This document shows positions 20,412-29,901 of a stretch of 64,000 bases of DNA, one piece after another. The notes below the pieces were generated by a model, which saw only the letters and a list, made by a program, of their open reading frames with translations, did not search any database and was not told the DNA's origin. Every line of letters starts with the position of its first letter. The stretch's first letter is position 1. The translations under genes and the position numbers were made by a program. Source of the stretch: Alphaproteobacteria bacterium. Lineage in GTDB: Bacteria > Pseudomonadota > Alphaproteobacteria > UBA828. The stretch covers positions 3,616,001 through 3,680,000 of the forward strand of contig CBDEFM010000002.1 of NCBI GenBank assembly GCA_965237415.1, in the 5' to 3' direction.

Positions 20412-21914
20412 ATGTACGGCGTGGAGCTCTATGCGGCGGTTCGACTGGCGGTTGTCGACGAGGGTTTGAGCCATCACGAGGCGGGCCGTCGGTTCGGCAT
20501 CGACCGTCGCACGGTGAAGAAGATGCTGAGCTATTCGGCGCCGCCGGGCTACCGCCGGACGAAGCCGGTCAGGCGGCCCAAGCTGGACGGGTTCACCGGC
20601 ATCGTCGACGCGATCCTGGAGGCGGACACGGATCCGGATGTGCCGCGCAAGCAGCGCCACACGGCGCACCGGATCTTCGAGCGGCTGCGGGACGAGTACG
20701 GGTTCACCGGCGGCTATACCATCGTGAAGGACTATGTGCGTTCCCGGCGGCAATCGACGCGCGAGGCCTTCGTTCCACTGCATCACCCGCCGGGCCATGC
20801 CCAGGTCGACTTCGGCGAGGCGGTGGTGGAGCTGCGGGGGCAGCGGGAGAAGGTCGCCTTCTTCTGCCTGATCCTGCCCCATTCCAACGTCTGGTTCGTC
20901 AAGGCCTATCCCCGGGAGACGACCGAGGCCTTCCTCGACGGCCATGTCAGCGCCTTCGCCTTCCTCGGCGGGGTTCCGCGCTCGATCCTCTACGACAACA
21001 CCACCCTTGCGGTGGCGCGGATCCTGGGGGACGGCACGCGCCGCAGGACGCAGGCGTTCTCACATCTTCAGTCGCACTACCTGTTCCGCGACCGCTTCGG
21101 CCGGCCCGGCAAGGGCAACGACAAGGGCAAGGTCGAGGCCCTGGTGAAGACGGCACGGCGCCGGTTCATGGTGCCGATCCCGAAGGTGCATGACCTGTCG
21201 GTCCTGAACGAGCGGCTGATGGCGCGCTGCCTGGAGCGGCTCGACGCGCTGGAGGAAGGCGACCGGGCGGCGGCGTTGCTCGCCGATCTCGACGCCCTGC
21301 GCGATCTGCCCGCCGTCCCCTTCGAGGCCTGCGAGCATGTGCCGGGCCAGGTCTCGTCCACGGCCCTGGTGCGCTACCGGCTGGTGGACTACTCGGCGCC
21401 GGCGGTGCACGCCCACAAGAAGGTGACGGTCAAGGGCTATGTCGACCGGGTCGAGATCGCGCTCGGCGCCGGGATCGTCGCCCGCCATCGGCGCTCCTAT
21501 GTCCGCGGCGACGTCGTCTACGACCCGCTGCACTATCTGTCGCTGCTGGAGAGGAAGCCGGGCGCCCTGGACCAGGCGGCGCCGCTGCGGGGGTGGAAGC
21601 TCGATCCGGCCTTCGACACGCTGCGCCGCCTCCTCGAAGCCCGCTTCGGCCCGCGCGGCAAGCGCGAATACATCCAGACCCTGCGCCTGCTGGAGGACTT
21701 TCCGGAGCGCCAGGTGACGGCCGCGGTGCAGGACGCGGTGAAGCGGCGCGTGATCGGCTTCGATGCCGTCAAGCACCTGCTGCTGGCGTGCATCGAGAAG
21801 CGGCCGGCCCGTCTCGACCTGGCGCGCTACCCGCACCTACCCCAGCCCTTCGTCGCTGCCACCCGGGCCGCCGATTACGCCACCCTGCTGGCCGGAGGGG
21901 CCGGCCATGGCTGA
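20412..21914 (+). CDS. istA: IS21 transposase IstA
   Basis: QVDFG, LYDN, KGKVE (DDE); KQRHTAHRIFERL. Confidence 0.93.
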   Translation: MYGVELYAAVRLAVVDEGLSHHEAGRRFGIDRRTVKKMLSYSAPPGYRRTKPVRRPKLDGFTGIVDAILEADTDPDVPRKQRHTAHRIFERLRDEYGFTGGYTIVKDYVRSRRQSTREAFVPLHHPPGHAQVDFGEAVVELRGQREKVAFFCLILPHSNVWFVKAYPRETTEAFLDGHVSAFAFLGGVPRSILYDNTTLAVARILGDGTRRRTQAFSHLQSHYLFRDRFGRPGKGNDKGKVEALVKTARRRFMVPIPKVHDLSVLNERLMARCLERLDALEEGDRAAALLADLDALRDLPAVPFEACEHVPGQVSSTALVRYRLVDYSAPAVHAHKKVTVKGYVDRVEIALGAGIVARHRRSYVRGDVVYDPLHYLSLLERKPGALDQAAPLRGWKLDPAFDTLRRLLEARFGPRGKREYIQTLRLLEDFPERQVTAAVQDAVKRRVIGFDAVKHLLLACIEKRPARLDLARYPHLPQPFVAATRAADYATLLAGGAGHG

Positions 21915-22238
21915 AGCGCCCCGCATCCTGCTCGAGCATCACCTGAAGAAGCTGAAGCTGCCGACCTTTCTGCGCGAGTACGAGAAACTGGCGCGCCAGT
22001 GCGCGGCCGAGGGGCTGGATCATGTGCGGTTCCTGGCCCGGCTGGTGGAGCTGGAGATGATCGACCGCGAGCGCCGCCTGGTCGAGCGCCGCATCAGGCA
22101 GGCCAGGTTCCCCGTCGTCAAACAACTCGAGAGCTTCGACTTCAAGGCGATCCCCAGTCTCAACAAGATGCTGGTGCTGGATCTCGCGCGCGGCGATTAC
22201 ATCGACCGCCGCGAGAACGCGATCCTGCTCGGGCCCTC
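21907..22238 (+). pseudogene. istB: IstB N-terminal half, interrupted at Walker A
   Basis: LKKLKLPTF...FDFKAIPSL...ENAILLGPS. Confidence 0.9.
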
Positions 22239-22270
22239 GAGTCCGAGTGCATAATGCACACCTCGCTACG

Positions 22271-24330
22271 TTATTGAAAATCCAGCTGTTCCTGGTTCGG
22301 ATCGGCTGTTAGCGGGCGCGATTGGCGCAGGTCAGTGCCGTACAGGGCGTCTATCAGCGCCTCCGGGATGGCCCATGGCCCTCCCTTGCACACCTGCGTG
22401 GCGTCGATTGTGCCGCCCGCAATCAACCGCAGCACCGTCATCTTGCTGATGCCGAGCCGTGCGGCGGCATCGGTCAGCGTCAGCTCGCCCCGCTCCGCCA
22501 TCTCGCCTGATCGGAAGACGGCAACGCCACGGCTATTGCGGAAGGTGCGCACCCGCGCTTCCGTCCACGAGTTGCCTCGCCCGGTCTTCTTGCCGAGGCG
22601 GTTGAGCGTGGCCGCGATCGCGCCGTCCGGCAGCTGCCTCGCCAGTCCGCGAACCAGGTCGACCACCTCGGCGCTCGCCGCCCAGCGATGCTGTCCCCTA
22701 CGGTTGCGCGGCACGCTCAGACGCGTGTGGTCGCCGCCACGCCAGTGGAGAAGAAGGTCAACGCAGCCATCGGCCAGCGTGACGACGATCTCCTCCAGAA
22801 CCGCGCGCAGGATGGCCTTGCGCGTCTCGGCGGTGGCATCGGGGCGCGACCACGCCGTCGAGAGATCATCGCCCAGCGCCATCAAGCGCTGTTTCTCCGC
22901 GCATGACGGTGCCTCCGGACGGGCGGCCGCAGTGGCGGCGAGCCGCTCCTCCTGCCGGCGCACCTCCGCCAGCCGGTCGTTCCACCGTCGCTCCAGCTCG
23001 GCCGCGACAAGGCGGTTAGCTGGATCGACGGCATCGTATTGGCGCTGTGCCAGATCGGCCTCGTAGCGCGCCTGCGTCAGCGCCAGCTCCGCCTGCCGTC
23101 GGATCTCGGCGTTGTCGCTCTCACGGGTCTCGATGGCGGCCAGCGCCGCTTCGACGCCGAGCGGAGATAGCAGTCGCAGCACTGCATCGCCGACCGCAGT
23201 ATCCACGCGCAAGCCGCCGAAGGCGATGCACGGCCTGGTGCCGTGGTTGACATGCGCGCCTTGGCAGCCGTAACGGACGCAGTACCCCTTGGTGCCGCTG
23301 TAGTGGACGTGCACACGCCGGCCGCAGTGTCCGCAGCGCAGCAGGCCCGCGAGCAGCGCATCGCCGCGGCGCACGGCGCCCCTTGCCATCAAGCCCCGCA
23401 GTTGGCGTTGTCGGCGATCAGACGCTGGTTCCTCTCGTACTCGTCCCAGGAAACGTAGCCTTCGTGGTGATCGCGGATCAACACGTCCCAGTCCGCGCGA
23501 TCGCGGCGAAAGCCGCGCGTGACGCGCTTGCGTCCGTTCTCGACGGTCACGCGGCTCTCCGTCCGGCCAAACGCGTACGCGCCGGCGTAGACGGGGTTGG
23601 TCATCAGCTTGTGGACGGTGCCGTAGACCGGCGGCTTCCAGACAATATGGCGCTCCTTGCCAACGATCCTGACGGCCGGCAGCAGCACTTCCTCCTGCCG
23701 CAGCCAGAGGTGGACCTGGCGGATGCTCCGGAACTCCGCGAACTTGCGGAACACGAGATCGATTGCCTCACGCACGCGCCGGTCGGGATCCTTGGCGATC
23801 CGGTCGCATCGGACCTTCACGTAGCCCACCGCGACGCTGAGGAATAGCTCGCCACGGGACGCCTTCAGGCGCAGCGCCTCGAGCGAGCGCTGGCGCAGCG
23901 TCGAGAGCTCCATCTCCGACAGCGTCCCCTTCATACCCAGCAATAGACGGTCGTTCGGCAGGCGAGGATCATACAAGCCGTCCTCGTCGCCCAGCAGGCA
24001 GCCCACAAGCGCGCAGAACTCCAGCAGCGTGTGCCAGTCGCGGCCGTTTCGAGCGAGCCTCGAAGCCTCCAGCGACAGCACGATGCCGACGCGCCCTTCG
24101 CAGATCGCCAGCAGCAGCCGATCGAAGCCCGGCCGCGACGTTCCGCCTCCAGAGCGGCCGAGATCCTCGTCGATAATCACGGGCTCGTCCCAGCCCAGAC
24201 CGCGAGCCCGATCCGCAAGGCCGTACTGACGACGGCGGCTCTCGTGGTTGTGCCGCAGCTGGTCCGGCGTCGACTGCCGAATGTAGACGACCGCCTCGCG
24301 CGCCAGATGGTCAGGCGCGATCTTGTTCAT
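22271..24330 (-). pseudogene. Large serine recombinase, split by a 1-nt frameshift at ~23395 (ORFs 23389-24330 and 22271-23392)
   Basis: YIRQST catalytic Ser, SRLARN, NPVYAG, CGHCG zinc ribbon, coiled coil, C-terminal HTH. Confidence 0.88.
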
Positions 24331-24496
24331 CGCCCGCCTCCTTCTCCGTGGCCGTCCCGTCCGCCATGTCCTCCGTCGGGTTCGCTGCCGCTTCGAGCAG
24401 CAGCGCCGCCAGTATCGGGATTACCGCCCCTCGCATCGCCGGCGTGAGTGCCGGACCCGGCTCCAGTAGTTCCAACAGCTCTCCCTGTCTTCCCAT
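24311..24496 (-). CDS. Small hypothetical protein of the LSR element
   Basis: GGGAGG RBS; overlaps the LSR start; overlaps the neighbouring ORF in another frame. Confidence 0.4.
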   Translation of the reverse strand: MGRQGELLELLEPGPALTPAMRGAVIPILAALLLEAAANPTEDMADGTATEKEAGDEQDRA

Positions 24497-24799
24497 GTCG
24501 CCCTCCCAAATCCATGCGGGAGGGCGATGGTAGAACAGCGTCGATGACCGAACGGAGGTCGCGCAGGGCGTCCAGCGCGATCCGCGGCTGATCCGTCACC
24601 GTCATCGCCGCCGCGTCTGGAAAGCACATCCAGGTCGGTATCTGCGCCAGCGTGCCATCCGGCTGGCGGACGACGTAGATCATGGTCCCCTTGAAGCGGT
24701 GGCGCCGAACCACTTCCACGCGCTGGCCCGTGCGGGGGTGGAAGGGGTAGTGGATCTTCGTCGGACCGCCCTGGTATCGGGCAGTGTGTGGCTGTTCCG
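24327..24799 (-). CDS. LSR-associated accessory ORF (Y4bD/DUF5372-like) whose 5' end is cut by the att junction
   Basis: Frame open to the element end: ..HTARYQGGPTKIHYPFHPRTGQRVEVVRR..PDGT..IPTWM; stop overlaps the LSR ATG (ATGA). Confidence 0.6.
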
Positions 24800-24801
24800 T
24801 C

Positions 24802-25234
24802 AGGCGTCGGCAAGACGCATGTCGCGCTCGCCCTCGGGCTTGCCGCCTGCCAGAAGGGCCTCTCCGTGCGCTTCACCACCGCCTCTCACCTGGTCCACGA
24901 GATGATCGAGGCGCGCGACGAGAAGAGGCTCCTCCGCCTCCAGGACCAGCTCGCCAGGGTCAATCTCCTGATCGTCGACGAGCTCGGCTACGTGCCCCTC
25001 TCGCAGACCGGAAGCGAACTGCTGTTCGACGTCTTCAGCCGGCGCTACGAAAACGGCGCCACAATCGTGACCTCAAACCTGCCCTTCCAGGAATGGACAA
25101 CGGTCTTCGCCAGCGAACGCCTCACCGGCGCGCTGCTCGACCGCATCACCCACCATGTCCATATCCTGGAGATGAACGCAGACAGCTACCGGCTCAAGCA
25201 GAGCCGGTCACGACGCCGGCTGCCGTCCGAATAA
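24802..25234 (+). pseudogene. istB: IstB C-terminal half
   Basis: GVGKTH, LLIVDELGY, TSNLPF.EW, LLDRITHH, SYRL. Confidence 0.9.
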
Positions 25235-25264
25235 CCCCGCTTGACCGCGTGGGCCCACAGGCCC

Positions 25265-26716
25265 TATATGGACGCCTCCCGGTGGCAAGGGCCGATTCGG
25301 TGCTCCGGGAGAACCAGGTTGCAGTTCTATATCCGGCCTGTTCGTGCAGGCTGGTGCCTGCTGGCCCTGATGGAATCAGCCGATCCGCGCCTCATTCTCC
25401 CACTGGGCTTCTTGCCCTTGGGCCTGTTCAGGCTTGGCGGATCGCGGTCTGACCTGTTCGCCATCACACTTCGTCGTACCTTGCGCAACCTCTTGGCGTG
25501 ACACCTCCTCCTGGTGGTAGGTGATCTCCGTGCCAGTCTTCCCTAACCGGGCTGACTGACGAAGTTCGGCCGGTAAGTTCGGTCGTGGGCCAGCAAGGCC
25601 CAGATCGTGCGTGCGGTCTTGTTGGCCAGTGCGACGGCGGCCACGTTCGCCGGCCGCCGCTCGGCCAGGCATGAGGCCCATTCCGGCGGCGATTTGCTCG
25701 TGGTGAGTACGGAGCGGGCGCCGTGGATCAGCAGGGTACGCAGGTAGGTGTCCCCACGCTTGGAGATGCCCCCACGCTTGGAGATGCCGAGCATGCGTAC
25801 CCGCCCGCCGGTGCCGCTGTGGCGCGGCACCAGACCGAGCCAGGCGGCAAACTCCCGGCCGGACCGGAATGCGGCGGGATCGCCCATCATGGCCACCGCG
25901 GCGGTCGCCGTCAGCACCCCGACGCCGGGGATCGCCGCAATCCGCCGGCTTGCGACATTGTCCCGATGCCAAAGCTTGAGCCGTCGCTCGATCTCGCCGA
26001 TCTCCTCATCCAGGCGGCTCACGCGTGCCCACTGCTCCCGCAAGGCCTCCACCACCATCGCCGGCAGACGCTCCGAGACCCGAGCGAGGGCCTCGGCCAT
26101 GCCTCGACGCAGACCGGCCCGGCCCTTCGGCATGACCTCGCCATATTCGGTCAGAAGGCCTCGCAGGCAGTTGATCTGCGCGGTGCGGAACTTCACCAAC
26201 TGCTGGCGCATGCGGTGCAGCGCCAGGATCGCCTGCTGCTCCTCGGTCTTGATCGCAACCGTCTTGATGCCGGGTTGTTGCACCGCCGTCCAGATCGCGC
26301 GTGCGTCGTGCGCATCGTTCTTGTTACCGCCCACGAAGGGCCGAACCATCTTCGCTGACAGCAGCCGTACCTCGTGGCCGAGCTCGCGCAGCCGCCGTCC
26401 CCAGTGCTGCGAACCGCCGCACGCCTCCAGCGCGACAAGGCACGGCGCGCGGTTGGCGAAGTGTTCGAGGAACTTCGTCCGTGTCAGCCGTAAATCCACG
26501 ATCTCGCCCGTTTCCATGTCGACCCAATACAGTTGAAACACCCGCTTCGCCGTATCCACGCCCACGACCGTTCTGCTAATCTTCATCCGGACCCTCCGGT
26601 TTGCCTGGGAAGACACCGAATCTTCCCCCTTGGCACTTAGATGCCGTCGGCCCGTGAGGGTCCACCTCAACCCTCCCGACCGCCGGCATCAGGGGTGGGA
26701 GGCGTCCATTCCATTC
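25265..26716 (-). mobile_element. IS1111-group (IS110 family) element inside IS21; ends approximate
   Basis: Subterminal IR ATGGACGCCTCCC (25268-25280) / GGGAGGCGTCCAT (26697-26709); long 3' non-coding region. Confidence 0.85.
25543..26586 (-). CDS. IS110/IS1111 transposase (DEDD)
   Basis: GVDTAK, LEACG, KNDAHDA, GLVPRHSGTGG; has an in-frame GISKRG duplication. Confidence 0.93.
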   Translation of the reverse strand: MKISRTVVGVDTAKRVFQLYWVDMETGEIVDLRLTRTKFLEHFANRAPCLVALEACGGSQHWGRRLRELGHEVRLLSAKMVRPFVGGNKNDAHDARAIWTAVQQPGIKTVAIKTEEQQAILALHRMRQQLVKFRTAQINCLRGLLTEYGEVMPKGRAGLRRGMAEALARVSERLPAMVVEALREQWARVSRLDEEIGEIERRLKLWHRDNVASRRIAAIPGVGVLTATAAVAMMGDPAAFRSGREFAAWLGLVPRHSGTGGRVRMLGISKRGGISKRGDTYLRTLLIHGARSVLTTSKSPPEWASCLAERRPANVAAVALANKTARTIWALLAHDRTYRPNFVSQPG

Positions 26717-27214
26717 TCCCACGCGCGGGCCGCAGCCAGCCGCGCGGAGGGCGCGTCGCCCCGCGCGCGGGTCCCTCCCATGGACTACGCGGACAAGCTC
26801 ACGCCGAAGCCCGTGGTACATTTTTACGCCGCCGCGCCGGTACATAATCCCGCCGCCGTTGACAGTCTGGATCGACGCTCTGCGGCAAACCCATGTTTCG
26901 ATTGACGCCCTGGACAGACAGCGAACCCTGTACGGCAATTGGGTTCTCTGCTAGTGTCGCCATGAAAATGGCAACGACCATTTTCCGGGAATTGATCCCG
27001 AGTGGGCCATCGTCGCGAGCGTCACGAAGCATCGGCTCTTGACCATGGTAGGCAGAGCGGCGGGTAGCACGGTCGCCGCGTCGCAGTAGTTCGATAGGCC
27101 GGCCGCGCGAACCCCGCCGACGGGGTTGGACGTCACGCGCAAGCTGGCGCAGGCGTCGCCGCGACACGTTCCGCACAAGAGGCGGAACGGCGCGTCGCAA
27201 CAGGGGAGGCAACA

Positions 27215-28807
27215 ATGACATACGACATTGGCGTGCAATCAATCATGCAGCGCATTCACACGCGACGGCAATTTCTCCAGCGGAGCCTCGGCGCCGGTGC
27301 CGCGCTCGGCGCCTCATCGCTGATCCTGCCACGGATCGTCGAGGCAAGAACCGAGGGGAACACCCTCGTGGTCGCCCACGTCGAAGAGGTCGGAACCCTC
27401 GATCCCAAGGTTTGGGGCGGGTTCGCCGCGATCTACGTGCAGACCCAGATATACGACACGCTGATGCGCCAGGACCCGGTGACCGGTGTATTGCATCCGA
27501 GCCTGGCCGTGTCCTGGGAGAATCCCGATCCTCTGACCTATCGCTACACGCTTCGCGAGGGGGCGAAGTTCCATAACGGCGCGCCCGTCACTGCGGAGGA
27601 TGTCGCCTTTACCTTCAATCGCATCGCGGATCCGAACGAGGGGGCGTGGGAACTCTACATGTTCGTCAATGTGGACGAGGCCGTCGCCCTCGACGATCTG
27701 ACGATCGAGGTGCGGATGAAGCGGCCCGACCACCAGTTCCAGTTCATTGGCTATTTCGAAGGCGGCAACATCTGCAACAAGGCGCATGTCCAGGAACTGG
27801 GAGGCGGGATCGGCACCAACCCAGTCGGCGCTGGCCCCTACAAGTTCGTAGATCGCGACCCGAGCCGCGTCGTTCTCGAAGCATTCGAGGACTATTACGA
27901 AGGCAAGCCGCCGATCGAGCGGATCGAGTTCCGCAACATCAAGGACGCGACCACCATCGTCGCCGGGCTGCGGAGCGGCGATATTCATCTGTCCTACGAC
28001 GTGCCGCGCGACCAGGCCGTGATACTTGAGCGGTCGGACGACGTGGCCATCCAGACCGCGCCCGGCTGGGAGCACACGCTGCTCCACATGGCCAACCAGA
28101 AGGCGCCCTTCAGCGACGTCAAGGTGCGACAAGCGATCCGCTATGCGATTGATCCGGGCGCAGCGCTCGCGGCCTTCAGCCAGAAGTACATCGAACCGGC
28201 CTACGGAGCCTTCATTCCTCCCAACGTCCCGTTCAGCGCGCACGACGAGACCGAGGGCACCTACACCCCCGACATCGAGAAGGCCAAGGCGTTGATGGCC
28301 GAGAGCTCGGTGCCGGACGGCTTCGCTGCGAACATAGCAGTGAACCCCGGTGTCCGCTACGAGGCACTGGCCCTCGCGATCCAGCAGCAGGTCAAGCCGC
28401 TCGGCATCGACATCACCATCCAGCGGCTGCCAGCACCCGACACGATCGCGCTGGCCTACTCGCACGACTTCGACATGATTCTGATGTACTGGATATCCGA
28501 TTACACGGACATCTCGAGCTTCCTGCTGCAATGGTACGGCCCCAACGGCGGCAAATTCGGGCCCAACTTCACCGAGCACGCCAACGAGGCCTACGACAAG
28601 CAGTTCGAGACCTCGCTCTATACCACCGACGACAGCGAACGAGAGGCCGCATTCAAGGAATGCCAACGGATTCTCACGCAGGAGCAGCCGTCTCTCGCCC
28701 TGGCGTTCCCGCAGACGGTGCGCTTCCAGTCGGCGCGGCTTACGGGAGCACCGACGGCCCCGGTGTATGTGTACGACCGATACGCCGACATTGCCTTCAG
28801 CGAGTGA
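27215..28807 (+). CDS. Peptide/nickel ABC substrate-binding protein (family 5), Tat signal
   Basis: TRRQFL twin-arginine motif; LREGAKFHNG.PVTAEDV.FT; GAGPYKF. Confidence 0.92.
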   Translation: MTYDIGVQSIMQRIHTRRQFLQRSLGAGAALGASSLILPRIVEARTEGNTLVVAHVEEVGTLDPKVWGGFAAIYVQTQIYDTLMRQDPVTGVLHPSLAVSWENPDPLTYRYTLREGAKFHNGAPVTAEDVAFTFNRIADPNEGAWELYMFVNVDEAVALDDLTIEVRMKRPDHQFQFIGYFEGGNICNKAHVQELGGGIGTNPVGAGPYKFVDRDPSRVVLEAFEDYYEGKPPIERIEFRNIKDATTIVAGLRSGDIHLSYDVPRDQAVILERSDDVAIQTAPGWEHTLLHMANQKAPFSDVKVRQAIRYAIDPGAALAAFSQKYIEPAYGAFIPPNVPFSAHDETEGTYTPDIEKAKALMAESSVPDGFAANIAVNPGVRYEALALAIQQQVKPLGIDITIQRLPAPDTIALAYSHDFDMILMYWISDYTDISSFLLQWYGPNGGKFGPNFTEHANEAYDKQFETSLYTTDDSEREAAFKECQRILTQEQPSLALAFPQTVRFQSARLTGAPTAPVYVYDRYADIAFSE

Positions 28808-28960
28808 GCGATCCGAGGCACGGGCAACATATGCTGTAATGCTGTCCGCTAGCCCGCACAGGGTGGAGTCGCGAGTAGCCGATGGCCCCTGGCCAGCAGG
28901 CGGGCGTCCGAGACAGGGCGCCCCCCTCCGGCCCGACCGTCACAGGAGCGGGTATCGGCG

Positions 28961-29887
28961 GTGATCGCCCAGCGGCTTATCGCGTTCATCCCGATCGTGA
29001 TTGCCGTTTCGATCCTGATTTTCCTCGCGCTCAGGGTCGTGCCGGGCGATCCGGTGACAGTGCTGACCGCAGGCAGCCCGGTACCCGCCGAGGTCAAGGA
29101 GCAGTTGCGCCGTGAGTTCAACCTCGATAAGCCGCTGACTGTCCAGTACTGGAACTGGGCCAAGAACGCGGTTCAGGGCGATTTCGGTATCTCCCTGAAA
29201 ACCCGGGAGCCGGTGACCGAGCTTCTCAGCGAGACGCTGCCAATCACGCTGACGATTCTCATCGGCGGTTTGATCCTGTCGATGCTCATTTCAATGCCGC
29301 TCGGCGTCATTGCCGCGCTCAAGCAGGGACGCCTCACCGATCAACTCATCATCGGCGGCACACTTGTCACCTTGTCGGTGCCCGTGTTCACGGCAGGCAT
29401 CCTCGCAATCATCGTGTTCTCCTTTTGGCTCGGCTGGTTGCCGCCCTTCGGCCGCGGTGAGGGCTTCGGCTGGGATCGTATCTCTCACCTGATCATGCCT
29501 TGGTGCGTCCTTGGATTCGCCATGACGGCCGCGCAGACCAACACGTTGCGAGCCGGCATGATCGACGTGCTCAATCGCGAATACATCCTCGCCGCCGAGG
29601 CCCGCGGCCTAAAGCCCATCGCCGTCATACGTCACGGCCTGCGCACGGCGATGGTCCCGGTGGTGAACATCCTGGGCGTGCAGTTCGGCTATATGATCGT
29701 CGGCACGGTCCTGGTCGATTTCGTGTTCGGCATGGGCGGCATCGGCCAGCTCCTGGTGGCTGCCGTCAATCAGCGGGACTATCCGGTCGTCCAGGCGATC
29801 CTCGTGTGCATTGCGGTCGCCTTCACGGCGACGACACTCCTGGTCGACATCGTGGCCTCGCGGCTCGATCCCCGCTACGCTGACTGA
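28961..29887 (+). CDS. Peptide ABC permease (DppB-like)
   Basis: PGDPV, GDFGIS, RDYPVVQ, LDPR. Confidence 0.92.
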   Translation: MIAQRLIAFIPIVIAVSILIFLALRVVPGDPVTVLTAGSPVPAEVKEQLRREFNLDKPLTVQYWNWAKNAVQGDFGISLKTREPVTELLSETLPITLTILIGGLILSMLISMPLGVIAALKQGRLTDQLIIGGTLVTLSVPVFTAGILAIIVFSFWLGWLPPFGRGEGFGWDRISHLIMPWCVLGFAMTAAQTNTLRAGMIDVLNREYILAAEARGLKPIAVIRHGLRTAMVPVVNILGVQFGYMIVGTVLVDFVFGMGGIGQLLVAAVNQRDYPVVQAILVCIAVAFTATTLLVDIVASRLDPRYAD

Positions 29888-29901
29888 CCCGTAGGGCCGG
29901 C

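Larger units (their letters stand above)
22239..24801 (-). mobile_element. 2,563-bp large serine recombinase element inserted in istB
   Basis: Removing it restores GGG CCC TCA GGC GTC GGC AAG ACG (GPSGVGKT); TC dinucleotide at both junctions. Confidence 0.85.
20245..26864 (+). mobile_element. IS21-family element carrying two nested insertions
   Basis: Ends TGTTAACGGCGG... and ...CCGCCGTTGACA with doubled subterminal repeats; contains istA and a split istB. Confidence 0.85.
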
